A stretch of DNA of 64,000 bases from Eledone cirrhosa (GCA_964016885.1 OZ024742.1:280426001-280490000); one strand, 5' to 3'. Counted from the first letter of the stretch, positions 28,448 to 42,029 are shown. Numbers and translations: made by a program. The notes: generated from the sequence alone by a model not told the origin.

Positions 28448-28770
28448 CAAATATCTTTCCATTAGTCCAGTCTTTTTCGTTGCCATGGAAATGCGGCTGG
28501 ACTGCCGATCGCTATATTTGATTTGCAAAGCTGTCTAAACGTATTGTTATAACTCTGGGGTATTATTCTCCATCGAGTGCTAAAGCTACATTCCGAATCT
28601 GCATTCGTTAGCTTAGCCGCAGCCTAAAGCTTCGTTAATGCTGCACTAAAATTTGGATATACATATATATATATATATACAAAATTAAATTAAGGGAGTC
28701 ATGTCCGAGACATGCGCCATATCCACTGTAGAATAAGCTCAAAGATTCCAATAAATAGATCCGAGCATTT

Positions 28771-28791
28771 TATATCAACTAGAAACTGATT

Positions 28792-28826
<35 letters not shown>

Positions 28827-29102
28827 AAAATAAACACATTAAACAATCACAGGGGATAATTTGTAAAGTGTGTAAGCACACACAGATAGGTAGATAACCG
28901 ATTAAAGTTTAACTAGAACTTCAAATATAGATACCTTTTAAAATGATTAATCATTTTAAAAGGTATCTATATTTGAAGTTCTAGTTAAACTTTAATCGGT
29001 TACCTACCTAGCTGTGTGTGCTTACACACTTTACAAATTATCCCCTGTGATTGTCTAATGTGTTTATTTTAGATATATATATGTCAATCAATTTCTAGTT
29101 GA

Positions 29103-29106
<4 letters not shown>
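28771..29106. repeat. Spacer-less palindrome (fold-back)
   Basis: Centre ATGATT|AATCAT at 28948/28949. The arms match apart from about four substitutions and a TA-run length difference. Confidence 0.95.
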
Positions 29107-29171
<65 letters not shown>

Positions 29172-29519
29172 CTACCTTTCCCCTTTTCTTTTTCTCCATT
29201 TTCTGCCTCTACCTATTTCTATATATCTCCAGATGAAATCAACTGTGCTCAGACTACACCAGTTGCAATCGCCCAAGAATTGAAGTTATTCTAACCTTCA
29301 GTAACGAAAAATATCGTATATTAAGAGGGCATTCCAACGACTCTGACAGCATATGAGAATATGTATTCGGTCATTCTCTATTCCTCTAATGTAATATTTT
29401 CATTTCATTTCATTGTGTCTTTGTATTGCTCTTAATAATATATGATCGAATTAAAGGTACTCGTATCATACTTCTTCTACCTTACCGAATCTATTCTTGA
29501 GCTCTGAGATAAGGGGAGA

Positions 29520-30300
29520 TATGTGGTTATAGGTCTTTGAATTTCTATGTAATCTAATTAATATTATTTTCCAAAGAATATCGGTACTTGCTAAAGCAGA
29601 ATGTTTAGAATTTCACCTAAGTTATGTCTACCTGGCAATTCTTCAAATTTCTATTAGGTATTACGCTACACGCCTCTTAACATTCATTGTTGTAAGAACT
29701 GATCACCTGTTGTTCTTCACATCTTCAAGATTTCCGTCTCTTGATCCTTTATATTTTCATCCTCTATTAATGAGATGTTATTACTTGTTAGTCAAGCCAA
29801 ACTAACAAATGCACAGAAACCATCTATCGCCGTAGCTCACTTCTGTCTGTTCAACATAAAAATATATGCCTGTAGTTATTAATGTCAGAATTCTTTTCTT
29901 TGATATTCCTTATGAACAAATTCCGGCAATATTTTGTCCTCTCCACCTTCAGTATTGTTTGGCGAAGTCATCATTATGTAGTTTAGACCTTCACTTTGAA
30001 ATTCTGGGAATTCGAATTAAATTTCATTGGCCTGTACGGTGAGAAAATTGTATTTATCATATTCTCGACTACGAATTTACAGTTTTATTAAATCAGTTGA
30101 TTCAATAAATTGCAGTGTATGTTCCAACAGTTATGCTCTCGTAGCTAGAATACCCTTATGTACAACTTTGATTTTATCCATTTCTGGCTTGGAAAATATA
30201 GTACCAGTCTATGTCGGTAATTAGTGCAACTATTAAAGAGTTGGAAATACTACCTACTGTTATCTGATCCAGCACTGCCGCTTCTGTATCGCCGGAAAAA
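29520..30300 (-). pseudogene. Possible decayed intronless ORF, dynamin-like GTPase resemblance
   Basis: Manual translation across stops and frameshifts gives AVLDQITVGSISNSLIVALI (G1-like), EI*FEFPEFQSEGLNYIMMTSPNNTEGG (G3-like), AYIFMLN and LTNK. All motifs are degenerate. Confidence 0.25.
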
Positions 30301-30419
30301 TGATGTCTCATTTAGACTTCCCCAAATTATCCTCCGTGTTACAATTTCAAAGGAAGTTATCTGAACCTATGAAGGTGTGTATTGTTTGAACGACTATATT
30401 TTCAGATATTCCTGGAACA

Positions 30420-30665
30420 TAGTTGTAATACGTCTCCAAAATGATGACAATTATGATTATGGTAATGGTGGTGGTGAATATAGTGTAGTGGATGATGATT
30501 GTATGGATGATATTGATGACGATGATGATGAGGAGGAGGACAAGAAGGAGGAGGAGGAGGATCAAGATGGTCATGATGATGATGATGATAGCCATGATTA
30601 TGATAGTGATGTTGATTAGAGATGAGTAGGAGGAGGTTGGTGATGACGATAATGATGTATATGAA
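30420..30665. repeat. (GAT/GAG)n low-complexity tract
   Basis: Read directly. Confidence 0.85.
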
Positions 30666-30999
30666 TATAAAAATATTGCTGATTGTATTAAATTATACAA
30701 AGAAAAAAAGGAACAAAAAAACCCCACTCAATGAGTATGTGTGACAATATAAGACAGAAGTCATTACAACATAACGAACAAGGGCGTTGGTATCATGATA
30801 GCAGTGATTATTGTCATCGAACTTGGCCGGAAATCAATAGAATCGACTTAACATTATTCACAATTATCGATTAACGAACAGTTCAGCAGCCATAACAACA
30901 CATTAGCAATAATATCATAGTGATAATAATCTTATTAATCAGGCGCCACGTTTTACTGTAACAATCAGTGAATCAGTAACATCACCGACATTTTGAATT

Positions 31000-32230
31000 G
31001 ACTGTATTCTAACCTTCAGCAATGAAAATTATTGTCTCGGTAATTAGAATTAACTTTCTAAGGAATTTAACTTATAAATCTTGAGCGAAACTGCGAGAAT
31101 CTACTTGTAAGTTCAAATCCTATGTTATGTTACCTGCAATCTATTAAATAGCAACTAAATTCCCCATAGATTAACATTTTATCAGACCCAGTAATTAAAA
31201 TGATTTTCCTTGCGACGAATAACTATACATTTTGAGCGAAACAGTGATCGTCTATTTGGTAGGTTCAAATCTTTAGTCGTATCATAGGAAAAGTAGTGTA
31301 CTAGCAACCGAATCTCCTACCAGTTTACACGTCACCGAAAATTATTGTCACGTAATTAGAATTCACTTCCTTAAGAAAACTATAAATCGTGAGCAAAACG
31401 AAAATTATCTACGTGTTAGGTTCAAACCTACATTTTGTCCCGTAAGGATCCATGAAATATCAAACAAATTTCGCACTTATCTGTCTTGAAATAGATTCAG
31501 AGCTTGACACGTTGAATAATAGTAACCCTGTGTATTCGGCTTGCTGGGTTTGCCTTGTATCGTTCTAACCCAAACCAATGAACATTATGGTCTCGATTAT
31601 TAGATTTTTTTTTTTTTTGAGAAATGAATACAATGATTACCGAGCTAAAAAAAAAGCTGTCATGTATCTATTCACTGCAACAGTTAGAAATAGTAACAGA
31701 ATAGTGTTTCTCTTGATGGAAAGACAATTTGAATAGTTTGTTCCTTGTTACATTCATCTCATAAGTAAGAGACGGGATAGCAAGAGGTATCTTGTGTATG
31801 ATCGTATATCTGTATCGGCGTTTCTAATACTCAGCAATGAAACTTATTGCTTCGGCATCTAGAGTTAACTTCCGTAGGAGAGAAAACTAGAGGTCATGTT
31901 GAACATGTAGGTTCAACTCTTACCTCTTGTTACTGTAAAATTAGGAAAATGTCAGTCCTGGGGTTACTTATCGATCCAACTTCAATGAAACTTCTTTTGA
32001 GATGGAAAGTCGTAGGCTGCTTCCTACACCTACGTTGTATATTGACAACTCGAACTGTGGGAACATGTGACTTAAATACGGTACATTAAAAGTTATAAAT
32101 GTTGAGTGAAAGTTTGAACATTCATGCGGTCAGCTCAATTCCTACATCTAGATACATGATTACCAGTGAAATAGCAACCAAATTCCCCTCTAATTTCCAT
32201 ATATTCGTCTTGAAGTAGGAATAGTGAGAT
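31000..32230 (+). repeat. Diverged tandem array of ~150-bp units
   Basis: Recurring AAATTATTGTC..TAATTAGAATT.ACTT, TTGAGCGAAAC, GTTCAAATC and TAGCAAC.AAATTCCC motifs at ~31020, 31190, 31340, 31580, 31840 and 32100. Confidence 0.55.
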
Positions 32231-33399
32231 GAGTTGAATAATATAATAGAGCGACGTATTCGCAGAATGGTTTGAGCGTAGGACGAAATGCTTCACAGCA
32301 TTTGATTTACGGTGTTATCCTTGTGGCATTTGTCTTGCAGTATTTGCAATACGGTGTTTGCCTTACGGCATATGCCTCGTGGTTTTAGCCTTGCGGTATT
32401 CTCACCGTCAAAAATGAATACTATTGCCGGGACAAGTATAAACCAATTTCTTATAAACCAAATCTATAAACCAAGAGTTAAACATGGGACCTCTGCATGG
32501 GGAGTCACTGAACATTCTCGACTCGAAATATAGAGAATGCAACAGACATAGTATTGATAATAGTCGTCCAATATATGCAATGCAAGTGATAACAAAAAAA
32601 AATAAATAAAAATAAAAATAAATTTACAAAACAGGATAGTTATAGCTTGAAATTTCTTGATCAAATTTCACTTCATTCATAGCTGACCTAAAACAAAATC
32701 ACCTCTACACCAGCAAAACACTACCAACACCACTACCACTACATCTTAGTTGCTACCACCTCTTTGTTGAATGGATGAGGTACATGAAGAAAGTATCTTG
32801 ATAAGGCGGCAATAACCAGTCGAAACTAACCGATCTATTTTGTGGTCCCGTCCTACTGAATTAGACGTCTTTGTTCTATTCACAGGATCTATTTGACTAA
32901 GCGAGACCAAATGTATGTTTATCGTGTACATACACATATACACACCCTCGCGCATGTACACCCTCACTCACACAGCAGACACACAGATACACTTAAACAC
33001 ACAAATACTTTTAAACACACACATACATGCATAAATCCATACATACATACGTACATACATATATATATACGTACATACAAACATACATACATACGTGTGT
33101 ATATACAGGAATACATATAGAGTGAGAGAAAGAGTGAAGGAGAGGAGAGAGTGACAGATACGTATATTTGTATTAGTGTTAAAAATCAAAGTAGAATCGC
33201 AGTTTTTGTCTCCTCCTGGTTGTCTCTTTATCTTGTCTTGGTTTTTCTTAATTACGTCGGTTTTTTTCTTAATTAAATACTATTTTCAACGTCTCTATCA
33301 TGTTCTAAATTAATTAACCTTAATTAGCCTTCTATCACAAAGTTTCTTAATCCTTCCCCTTTCTCCCAGTCGTCCGCCACTAACCCTTTTCTCAAAATT

Positions 33400-33438
33400 A
33401 CTGCTGCTGCGGCTGCTGCTGCTGCTACAACGACAACA

Positions 33439-33493
<55 letters not shown>

Positions 33494-33582
33494 TTGCTGC
33501 TGCTGCTGCTACTACTACTACTACTACTACTACTACTATTACTGCTGTTGCTGCTACTACTACTACTACTACTACTACTACT
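33400..33582. repeat. (CTA/CTG)n microsatellite
   Basis: Read directly. Confidence 0.9.
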
Positions 33583-34923
33583 ATATATGTTCATAGAGTC
33601 CACCTTGGATGGTGAAATCGTATTATCAATTTATCATCTTCGTATTTTTCACACGGCATGAACATTTTGTAAACGATAACCATATCCAATGTACCTCGTA
33701 CTGGTAGATTTTATTTTGAAAATATATAATAACGCTTACAGTTCTCGTGAGGTGACGGCTCCTATTTATATACGTATATATATATATATAAATATATGTG
33801 TGTGTGTGGTTTATCTACGAACGATATTCACTATATGATTTTTGTTGGGTAGGATACATCTACCCATATCTGAAAAATAATTAGGGATACTGAGAACTCT
33901 GCGTTATGGCATTATGGAAGTAAAAATGTTTCCTTAATTATTGCTACGTGAACGCCTGTGTGAAGTTAGAAAATTTGTTCCATAAAGGTGCATTTTTTTT
34001 CGGACGGCGAGCCCAAATCACACCCTGCATTTACGATCCTCCATTCTTCATTTTAAATTGTTCATATTTTCCTAAGACCTTCCATCAGAGATTTATATAA
34101 GAAACATTGTAAATTATACTCCAAATACCAGCTTATTAATATGAAAGTAAGTTACATTACTAAATATTTTCAAATTTCTCAATATTTTCAAAATGACTTG
34201 AAAATTAATGTCAGTGTTTTCTTTTATTAGAGACACTGTTGTAAAGCAAGGCTGAAAAATCGATATCATGTTAGCAAGATTTACTTTTGCGTGTGAAGAA
34301 TTATAAAATGTATTCAACGTAGAACTCTGTTGTGAATAAGGGACGTAATAAAGGTAGTTCGTATTTTTTTTTTTACCGTTGTTGTCAGTGCTATTCCTGC
34401 AATGTTGTCTGATTTTGTTTATGAGAATATTTCATAAAAAAATCTTTTTGTGTGGTTTGAAATCTGTTTCGTGAATATTCGGGTTTATTGCTGGTCTGAA
34501 GTTGCATTCACATGTAGTAGCAAAACATTTCTGCATGATAAAAGTACATCCTTCGACTAGCATTTATATGTAATCATATTTTCTTTATAAGATTGTAGGT
34601 TGTGATTTGACGGAGATCTATTTCTCATTGTTACCAGATATAGCTCTAATATAGATCTCTACAATATTGTCTTACACATACATACATTTGTATTTATAAA
34701 ACGGGACTGATAAAATACTTTTGTGCTATCTGAGGAGAATTGCCTGCTATTTCAACCTTGTCTAGCATTGTAAGTTAGACGTCTACATCCTTGGCTCATA
34801 CATGCTAGCAGAAAGGTTTAATGGTGTATCGATTTAAAACAATAAATGCTACACAATTTTACATTTGATGTTGAGGAATTTTGTCTGTTTTTTCTACATA
34901 TAATGTAGAAGTAGTTATCGTCG

Positions 34924-34980
<57 letters not shown>

Positions 34981-35094
34981 TACTCCGGGTTCAATCGGGG
35001 TAACCAGAGAAAGTAAGGTACCCAATACATATGTGGATATAAATATTTAATATAGAAACTATAACTGTTTCATTCGGGACAAATCGTCAGGGGG

Positions 35095-35495
35095 CGTGAT
35101 CATCATCATGTCTTGTCGCGCCAGTGCCCTATCCATTGAAGTACAGCGTCGTTTGCTTCCATGAGTCTTGGTCGGAGCATGTCGGTCCCAGTGAGCACCC
35201 ACGGAGGATGGGGGATATGGTCTGGGAGGGCTCGCCGCAGGGCCACTCAGCGTAGATGGCCAATCCCCTTGTGAAGGTTGTCTCCAGTTTTGCACGTTTT
35301 GGCTCTGGCCCTGTTTAGGGTTACCCAGTCCTTTCTGCTAAGAGATGTTCCATTGGGGAAGGTTTCATTTGGGCTTGGTAAGGCCGCGTTGGGTGGGCGG
35401 CGGTTACTCTCCCTCCACCTTTTCAACCTCGAAAAAGCTTCTTAACCGTGGATAGCCTGGAGCATGCATAATAGGCGGCTTACAGGGAGCGTGAT
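35095..35495 (-). mobile_element. ~400-bp non-coding retroposon with (GAT)n tail inserted in a palindrome
   Basis: GC-rich island. The minus strand ends ...GCGCGACAAGACATGATGATGAT. GCGTGAT is duplicated at both ends. Confidence 0.55.
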
Positions 35496-38041
35496 GATTT
35501 CTACCGAATGAAACAGAATGAAACAGTTATAGCCCTACAGATGCTATTTCTTTATTAAATATATATATATAATATTCGATTCATTTGCAATTATGCAAAC
35601 ATCCTCTTTTTTTTTTAATACCATGTCAGTAGAATGAGTCCCTCATTCTTGCTTTTGTGTTTGCATGTTAACAGAACTGCAGTAACTAATGTTTCTGTGT
35701 ATTACCCTTCATCAGTGCAGTTCAATGTTCACCCCTGCCAACTGCCAGAGCTATTGAAAATATATGATATTTTCTAAAATATACAGTGACAGATTGTTGG
35801 AAGTACTCCTCGTTTGTACACAGAGATGTATGTAGATTTGTCTTCTATTTCTGCCAGTTCTCGGTACACTGTCATAGTATATCTTTTTGGGTCTTACATA
35901 CTCATATATATATAACTATGCATTAATTTTAAACAACAAATATTACAGAATTTTGTGCCTGTATATTACAATGACTCTTACGTTTTTCTGTGTACTTTCC
36001 ATTTTCAGATGATAAGGAATTTTTTGAAGGAGATATATCTAAAATGGCCCTAGGCTGAAAAACACCATAGGAATTCTTTTACTAGGTTTGTGTATTTAAA
36101 TGTATTTCGTAATAATACTCACTACTATAGCCACCAATATCTCAAGATGAAAGTATTTCTATGGCATTATATGTCTCCTGTAACTGATTTAGCTTCAGGA
36201 ATAACCTGCAACTTTCCAAGCATATATCAAAATAACACTCCATAAAAGCAAAATTCGGAAGAGAGAAATAAAAGGGAGAAGGTATAAAGAAATATTTTTT
36301 TAAAAACCCACAAATTATATTTTATTCAGTAATCAATAATGAAAACACAAAAACAAAACAAAAACAAAAATTGGACTTCGAAGTACCAATAGATTCTGAG
36401 TAACGAGAACAGGCACTCATCCAATGAATCTTCATCGCCATCATCATTATCATTATTATCTTTCATCAACATCATCAGCAGCAACAACAACAACAACGAT
36501 GACGACCACGACCACGACGGCAACAACTAAGGGAACGACATCAAATCTTCTTAAAAAAATATAGGAGCAATTGGGGTTGTTGCTCGAGGTGTGGGAACAT
36601 TGGTAGCAGAACTGAAGAAAAAGATTGAAATAAAATAAATCACCACGTCTCTATCTCCGCTTTTCTCTACCTCTTTTCATCCTCTCTCCCTTTCTTAAAA
36701 TTTCTATTAAACCGGTAGAATTCTGAGTTCACATCATTAAAATGAATTCCGTTCTCCCACGAGCCAATTCAGTTTTCTTTGAAATTACCTGAACCCTCAT
36801 AAGATTCAGTTGTTGATTTATTTTTTACCTGCCAAAAAGATCAAGACAATTTATTTATCGAATCAAGTAAGTGGTCGCAAATTAGTTGTTTGATTTTCTA
36901 GAAGGAAGTGACGATTCTCCCTCAAAGTATACTCCAGAATTTTAAAAAGGAGAAACGCGTTAGATAATGTATACTTAGATAAAATTATATCTGAGGAAAA
37001 ATGGTATGTTTACGATGGAATTTATTTGATAATGCTTATATTTAATCAGGGCCCACCTGGGAATAAATATCACAACAGCATTATATTCGTTCTCGTGAGA
37101 ATGCCTCTCAGTGGTCTTTCAATAAACTAGAAATAGCAGCGAAATAAATACCACTCCAAATCTCATCCCACAACTTTATGAAACGAAATGGCATAAAGGC
37201 TACATAACAAAATTTTGAAAATATCTTAGCGTTGTAAAATATACCCAGAGATTTATATAACGTTGATTTATATAACATTAGTTTCGAGGGTGAACATCTA
37301 GATTTTCAAGCAAATAAACGTCCAACTTCAGAAGAAACCATTTCAGTATTCCAAAGATAGGTACACCGGTAATGTAATTCCCAAATGGAATTAGCGTGAC
37401 AAAATATGAGACAAGACTAAGCCTTTGAAGTTATAGGTACAGCCTACCTGACGGTCTACCGTCGATCCAATTCCACTTTTAAAGCTTAGATTAAAACTGG
37501 ATTAGACTAGAGTAACTTGCCAATGATTGCAAATAGTGGGATCTAACATAGGAGCTCATGAATACGAAGTAAATTTTTTAATGGTTAACATTGATTGAAC
37601 CCGTATTCAATGATCATAAAACACATTTAACAATAAACAAAATATCAATAAGATAATATTTCCAAAACAAATATGGCCGGTGTATATAATTAGATCAATC
37701 TAGAGGCAAATTATACTTACACCACATTATAATTATTCATACACACAATTCGTATAATTCTGGGGGGTTTTTTCCAGATGCATTCACACGCATGTGCTTA
37801 TATATTCAATACGTATTTTGTAATGTTTCCTTTTCAATATTTATATTTTAAATTTCACCAAATTTCCAAAAGTATCGCTATAGTCACGACCTCAAAAATT
37901 TCTGTAGTTCAATCTCTACACCTCCTCCAACCCTCCCTAAACTATCTTACATCGCTTTACACACACACACACTCACATACTTATATGCGTGTTTTTATTT
38001 CTATGTATGTAGGTATTTATATATGTTCGTGTGCATGTATG

Positions 38042-38088
<47 letters not shown>

Positions 38089-38237
38089 ATACTTTAGGAG
38101 GGTCATGTTGCCAATAAGAAACACACGCACCAGTCGCTTTCACATCAATTTATTATAAATTAAATTTATAAATTTAAGAAATTTTTTAATTTCCGGTTGG
38201 TTGGTTGGTTCCACAACCAGACGGTTGTTCATATATT

Positions 38238-38280
38238 GTCAAAGTTCTTTCGTCACATATTATGTGACCTCTTCAGTGAA
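38238..38280 (-). ncRNA. Minimal hammerhead ribozyme-like motif (left arm)
   Basis: Minus strand reads CUGAAGA-G-GUCACAU AAU AUGUGAC-GAAA-GAAC-UU-UGAC. Confidence 0.55.
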
Positions 38281-38476
38281 TGGGGAGACTTTTCTTTGTT
38301 TTGTGCATCTACTTTGTTCTGTCCCACGCCATCTTGTTTTTGTGTGTGTTGTGTGCTTAGTTTGAGCATGTGTTACATCCGTGTGTATGTGTGTGTTTTT
38401 ATTTGTTTAATTATTTGTTTATTTACATGTTACTAGTTGGTTGTTTGTTCTATGTGTGTGTGCTTTCATTTTGTTC

Positions 38477-40900
38477 TTAATTGTAAGTTGTGATGTTGCA
38501 ATTCCATTCATGTTTTCTATTTAATTTTGGTTGCAATTCATTAATTTTTATTACCTCTGTGATTTGTCTAAACATTGCGTCTTTTCTGTGTGTAGATTTT
38601 ATTTTTATTTCTATGTTCTTTAATTTGCCCTTATGTTCTATTTTAGCATGTTGGTGGAGAACTGATGATTCTTTTCTATCCTGAAGCTCTCGCCAGTGTT
38701 CATTTAATCGTTCTCCTATACTACGAGCTGTCTCACCTATGTACACTATATTCTTATCTTTACATTGTCCTTCAGTACATCTTATGCTATATACCACATT
38801 TCTAGTTTTGCAGTTAATATGGGGGCTTAGTTTACAGATTATGCATTTCTTATCTATACAGGGAGGTCTTTGAAAAGGGTATATATTACTAATAAGTGTT
38901 TTTATGGAGGTACCTGGTCTTTCCACTATCTTAATATTTAGTTTAAGTTTATCTAAGGCCCTTCTAAATTTGTAAGCTAGTTCACTTCCAGGGGTTGTAT
39001 TGATGATCATTACACTCTGGTATTTATTGCTATGATACCATGAGTTTATTCAATTAACGTTATTCCTAGTTCTTTCTATTCTATTCCAAAATGTGCTCAT
39101 ATACAAGGGGCAGGTCCCATGTGTATCATTATTTACATTTTTTCCCATTTGGTTCTGGATCCTATATATACTCTGATTTTATAAATGCATTCGGTGGATG
39201 AAGTGTTGTATGTGTCTCTCTAGTTCTTTGGGGTTGCACATGAGGATCACGTTCCTCATCACGCGTACTAAATCAACAATCAGTATGTTGACTTTCGTGT
39301 GTCCTGAAACAGCTGAGTTTCGGTGGATCAGGTATTTGGAAGTCATGGCTTTAGCGTAATGGGAATGGAGGATTGTTTTTTGTTATTAATAGTTTCTAGC
39401 CAGAGCTATGTGTCTAGTACAGGTAATCGTTGGTTGGGGTGTTTGCTTGGGTAGTCTATAGTAACTCTAATACTCTAGTGGATGGAATTAGCTATTTGCT
39501 GGATGCTTTCCATGGTGTTTTTCTCTAATTCCTAACTGTTCTCTAGTGGGGGTGGTTTTACTACGATGTTTATATCATCAACGTAGCGAGAGTACATTAC
39601 CAGGATTAAGAGGTTGCTGTCTTCTAATTGTTCTTTAAGTTTATTGTCCCACCATACCATGAATAGGTTAGCTATGTCACATGCAATGCTAACACAAATG
39701 GCTGCTTCCTTCCTTTGGGCATATGTTTTTCCATTAAATTTGAACATATGTTCCTTAAGGGTTAGTTCTATACTGGCCCCCACCGCATGTGCAATCATTT
39801 TCTTTAGTTCATCATCTGTTTCGGAGGTCGCTATGGCTCTGGTCCACACGTTCCATCTTTCTGTGTAGGTTTTCTTGGCCATTGAGTTAATGGTAGGTGG
39901 TCTGCCTCTTGCTGGCCTTGTGGGACAGAGTTTGTTAAGGTCATACGTATCTAGATAATTATTATTATAAGTAAGCTTAACGATCTTAGTTCAAATCCCG
40001 TCGAGGTTGACTTTGCCTTTCATCCTTACGGGGTCGATAAAATAAAGTACCAGTAATGCACTGGGTTATTGCTGGCCTTGTGCCAAAAGTAGATACAATT
40101 ATTATAAGTAAGTTTATGTAGCCGTCCCAGCTCACTAGTATCAATCCGACAGATTCAACATTACTCTCACTGATCATTTCTACGCATTTCTCCACAGCAA
40201 AATCCACGTCAATGGATAGGGACACTACATCCCTACAACCTATTATACAGTCTGTTAGGTTCCTAGATCGGTTATTTCCGCTGATTCTGCTGAGGAGGTC
40301 CTCCGTGCTGTAACATATATCCGGGGACATTTCACTGATTGGGCGTACGATCAGGGAGAGGAAGTAGGAAAGTCTGTAGTTACTAGCAATGTTAGCTCCA
40401 CAGACTGGCCGCATTGGTGGTCCTGTGACTGGGTCACTGTTCGTCTTATGGTCTCCTCGAAGCCCATACAACGCTGGCACGCCATTGTTCCAGGCCTGGA
40501 AGTTGTTGGCAGTCCGTTTATTGGGCTGCATTATGTTTATCCACATGATCATATGAGCGTTGAGGGTTTTCTCCCTATCCTCATGCTCTTGTGGTGTTAC
40601 TTCTCTTGTGTTAGTGATGTGGGTTTGCATTGCCTGGATGTAGTTTGACAGACTGTCAACTGACATTCTGTCAGACTTGTGTGTTGGAAAGCATGCAATC
40701 TCTCTTTCGCCTGAGAGCTACATCAGCTTACGCAAGCCATTTGCAGATTTTTCTCCCTGTTGGTGGGCCTCCATTCTATTTTGCTTCTTGCTATACTTTT
40801 CTATAATATTTCTAAGTTTAGATCTAGCTATATTTAATTGTGCTTCGGTTTGATCATCGATCTGCGACGGAAAATGCGTGCGTTTGTTAAAAGCTAAAGT
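38477..40900 (-). pseudogene. Penelope RT-GIY-YIG polyprotein, disrupted
   Basis: LYGLRGDHK, MRPVCGAN, FKFNGKTYAQ, YSRYVDD. GIY-YIG: CKTRNVVYSIRC...VYIGETARSIGERLNEH...RQITE...PKLNRKHEW. Confidence 0.92.
39985..40098 (+). mobile_element. 5'-truncated octopus-type SINE nested in the Penelope RT
   Basis: GTTCAAATCCCG..GAGGTTGACTTTGCCTTTCATCC..GGTCGATAAAATAAAGTACCAG, with target duplication ATTATTATAAGTAAG. Confidence 0.9.
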
Positions 40901-41765
40901 CGTGGCGTGGATTCGTCGTAACTCAAAGGGTCATATCGAAAATAGAATTCCAGGCTGCGTTGTGTGTTCTATTGCTATTGTTAGTTGTGTTGTTGTTTTT
41001 ATTTAATATGGTATGATAGCAATAAATACCAGAGTGTATTGTTCATGAATACAACTCCTAGAGGTGAACTAGCTTACAAATTTAGAAGGGTTTTAGATAA
41101 ACTTAAACTAAATATTAAGATGTGGACAGACCAGGTACCTCCATAAAAGCACTTATTAGTAATACATACCCTTTCAAAGACCTCCCTGTATAGATAAGAA
41201 ATGCATAATCTGTAAGCTAAGCCCCCATATTAACTGCAAAACTAGTAAGATAGTATATAGCTTTAGATTTACTGAGGGACAATGTAAAGATAAGAATATA
41301 GTGTACATACGTGAGACAGCTCGTAGTATAGGAAAAGAATAAATGAACACTGGCGACAGCTTCAAGATAGAAAAGAATCATCAGTATTACTCCAACATGC
41401 TAAAATATAACATAAGGGCAAATTAGAGATCATAGAAATACAAATAAAATCTACACACAGAAAAGACGCAATGTTTAGACAAATCACAGAGGCAATAAAC
41501 ATAAATGAACTCCAACCAAAATTAAATAGAAAACATGAATGGAATAGCAACATCACAACTTACAATTAAGGAAAAAATGAAAACACACACACATAGAACA
41601 AACAACCAACTATTACAATGTAAATAAACAAATAATTAAACAAATAAAAACACACACAAACACGCGGATGTAACACATGCGCAAACTAAGCACACAACAC
41701 ACACAAAAACACGATGGCGTGGGACAGAACAAAGTAGATGCACAAAACAAAGAAAAGAATCCACA

Positions 41766-41808
41766 GTCACTGAAGAGGTCACATAATGTGTGACGAAAGA
41801 ACTTTGAC
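41766..41808 (+). ncRNA. Minimal type I hammerhead ribozyme-like motif (right arm)
   Basis: GUCA-CUGAAGA-G-GUCACA UAAUG UGUGAC-GAAA-GAAC-UU-UGAC: helix I GUCA/UGAC, 6-bp helix II, minimal helix III. Confidence 0.6.
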
Positions 41809-42029
41809 AATATATGAACAACCGTCCGGTTGTGGAACCAACCAACCAACCGGAAATTGACAAACTTGTTAATTTTATAAATTTAATTTATAATAAATCG
41901 GAGTGAAAGCTACTGGTACGTGTGTTTCTTATTGACAAGATGACCCTCCCAAAGTATAACAGTATCGGTTTCAACAGACATTTTCAGAAAAAGAATCTTG
42001 CTAAACAAATTCAGAAACGAAATATATAT

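Larger units (their letters stand above)
38084..41961 (-). mobile_element. Penelope-like element with ~950-bp inverted terminal repeats
   Basis: 38084-39041 is an inverted copy of 41008-41961. RT and GIY-YIG coding remnants on the minus strand. Confidence 0.92.

Noticed and set aside
30377-30619. Acidic D/E-rich ORF
   Set aside because: Product of a (GAT/GAG)n low-complexity tract.
35716-36085. Two exon-like segments with AG/GT boundaries (35716-35828, 36009-36085)
   Set aside because: All frames contain stops and the splice phases do not join. I cannot support a host gene without transcript data.
39296-39325. GTCCTGAAACAGCTG, resembling a hammerhead 3' half
   Set aside because: It lies antisense within Penelope coding sequence (LIHRNSAVSGHTKVNIL) and has no upstream CUGANGA at suitable spacing.
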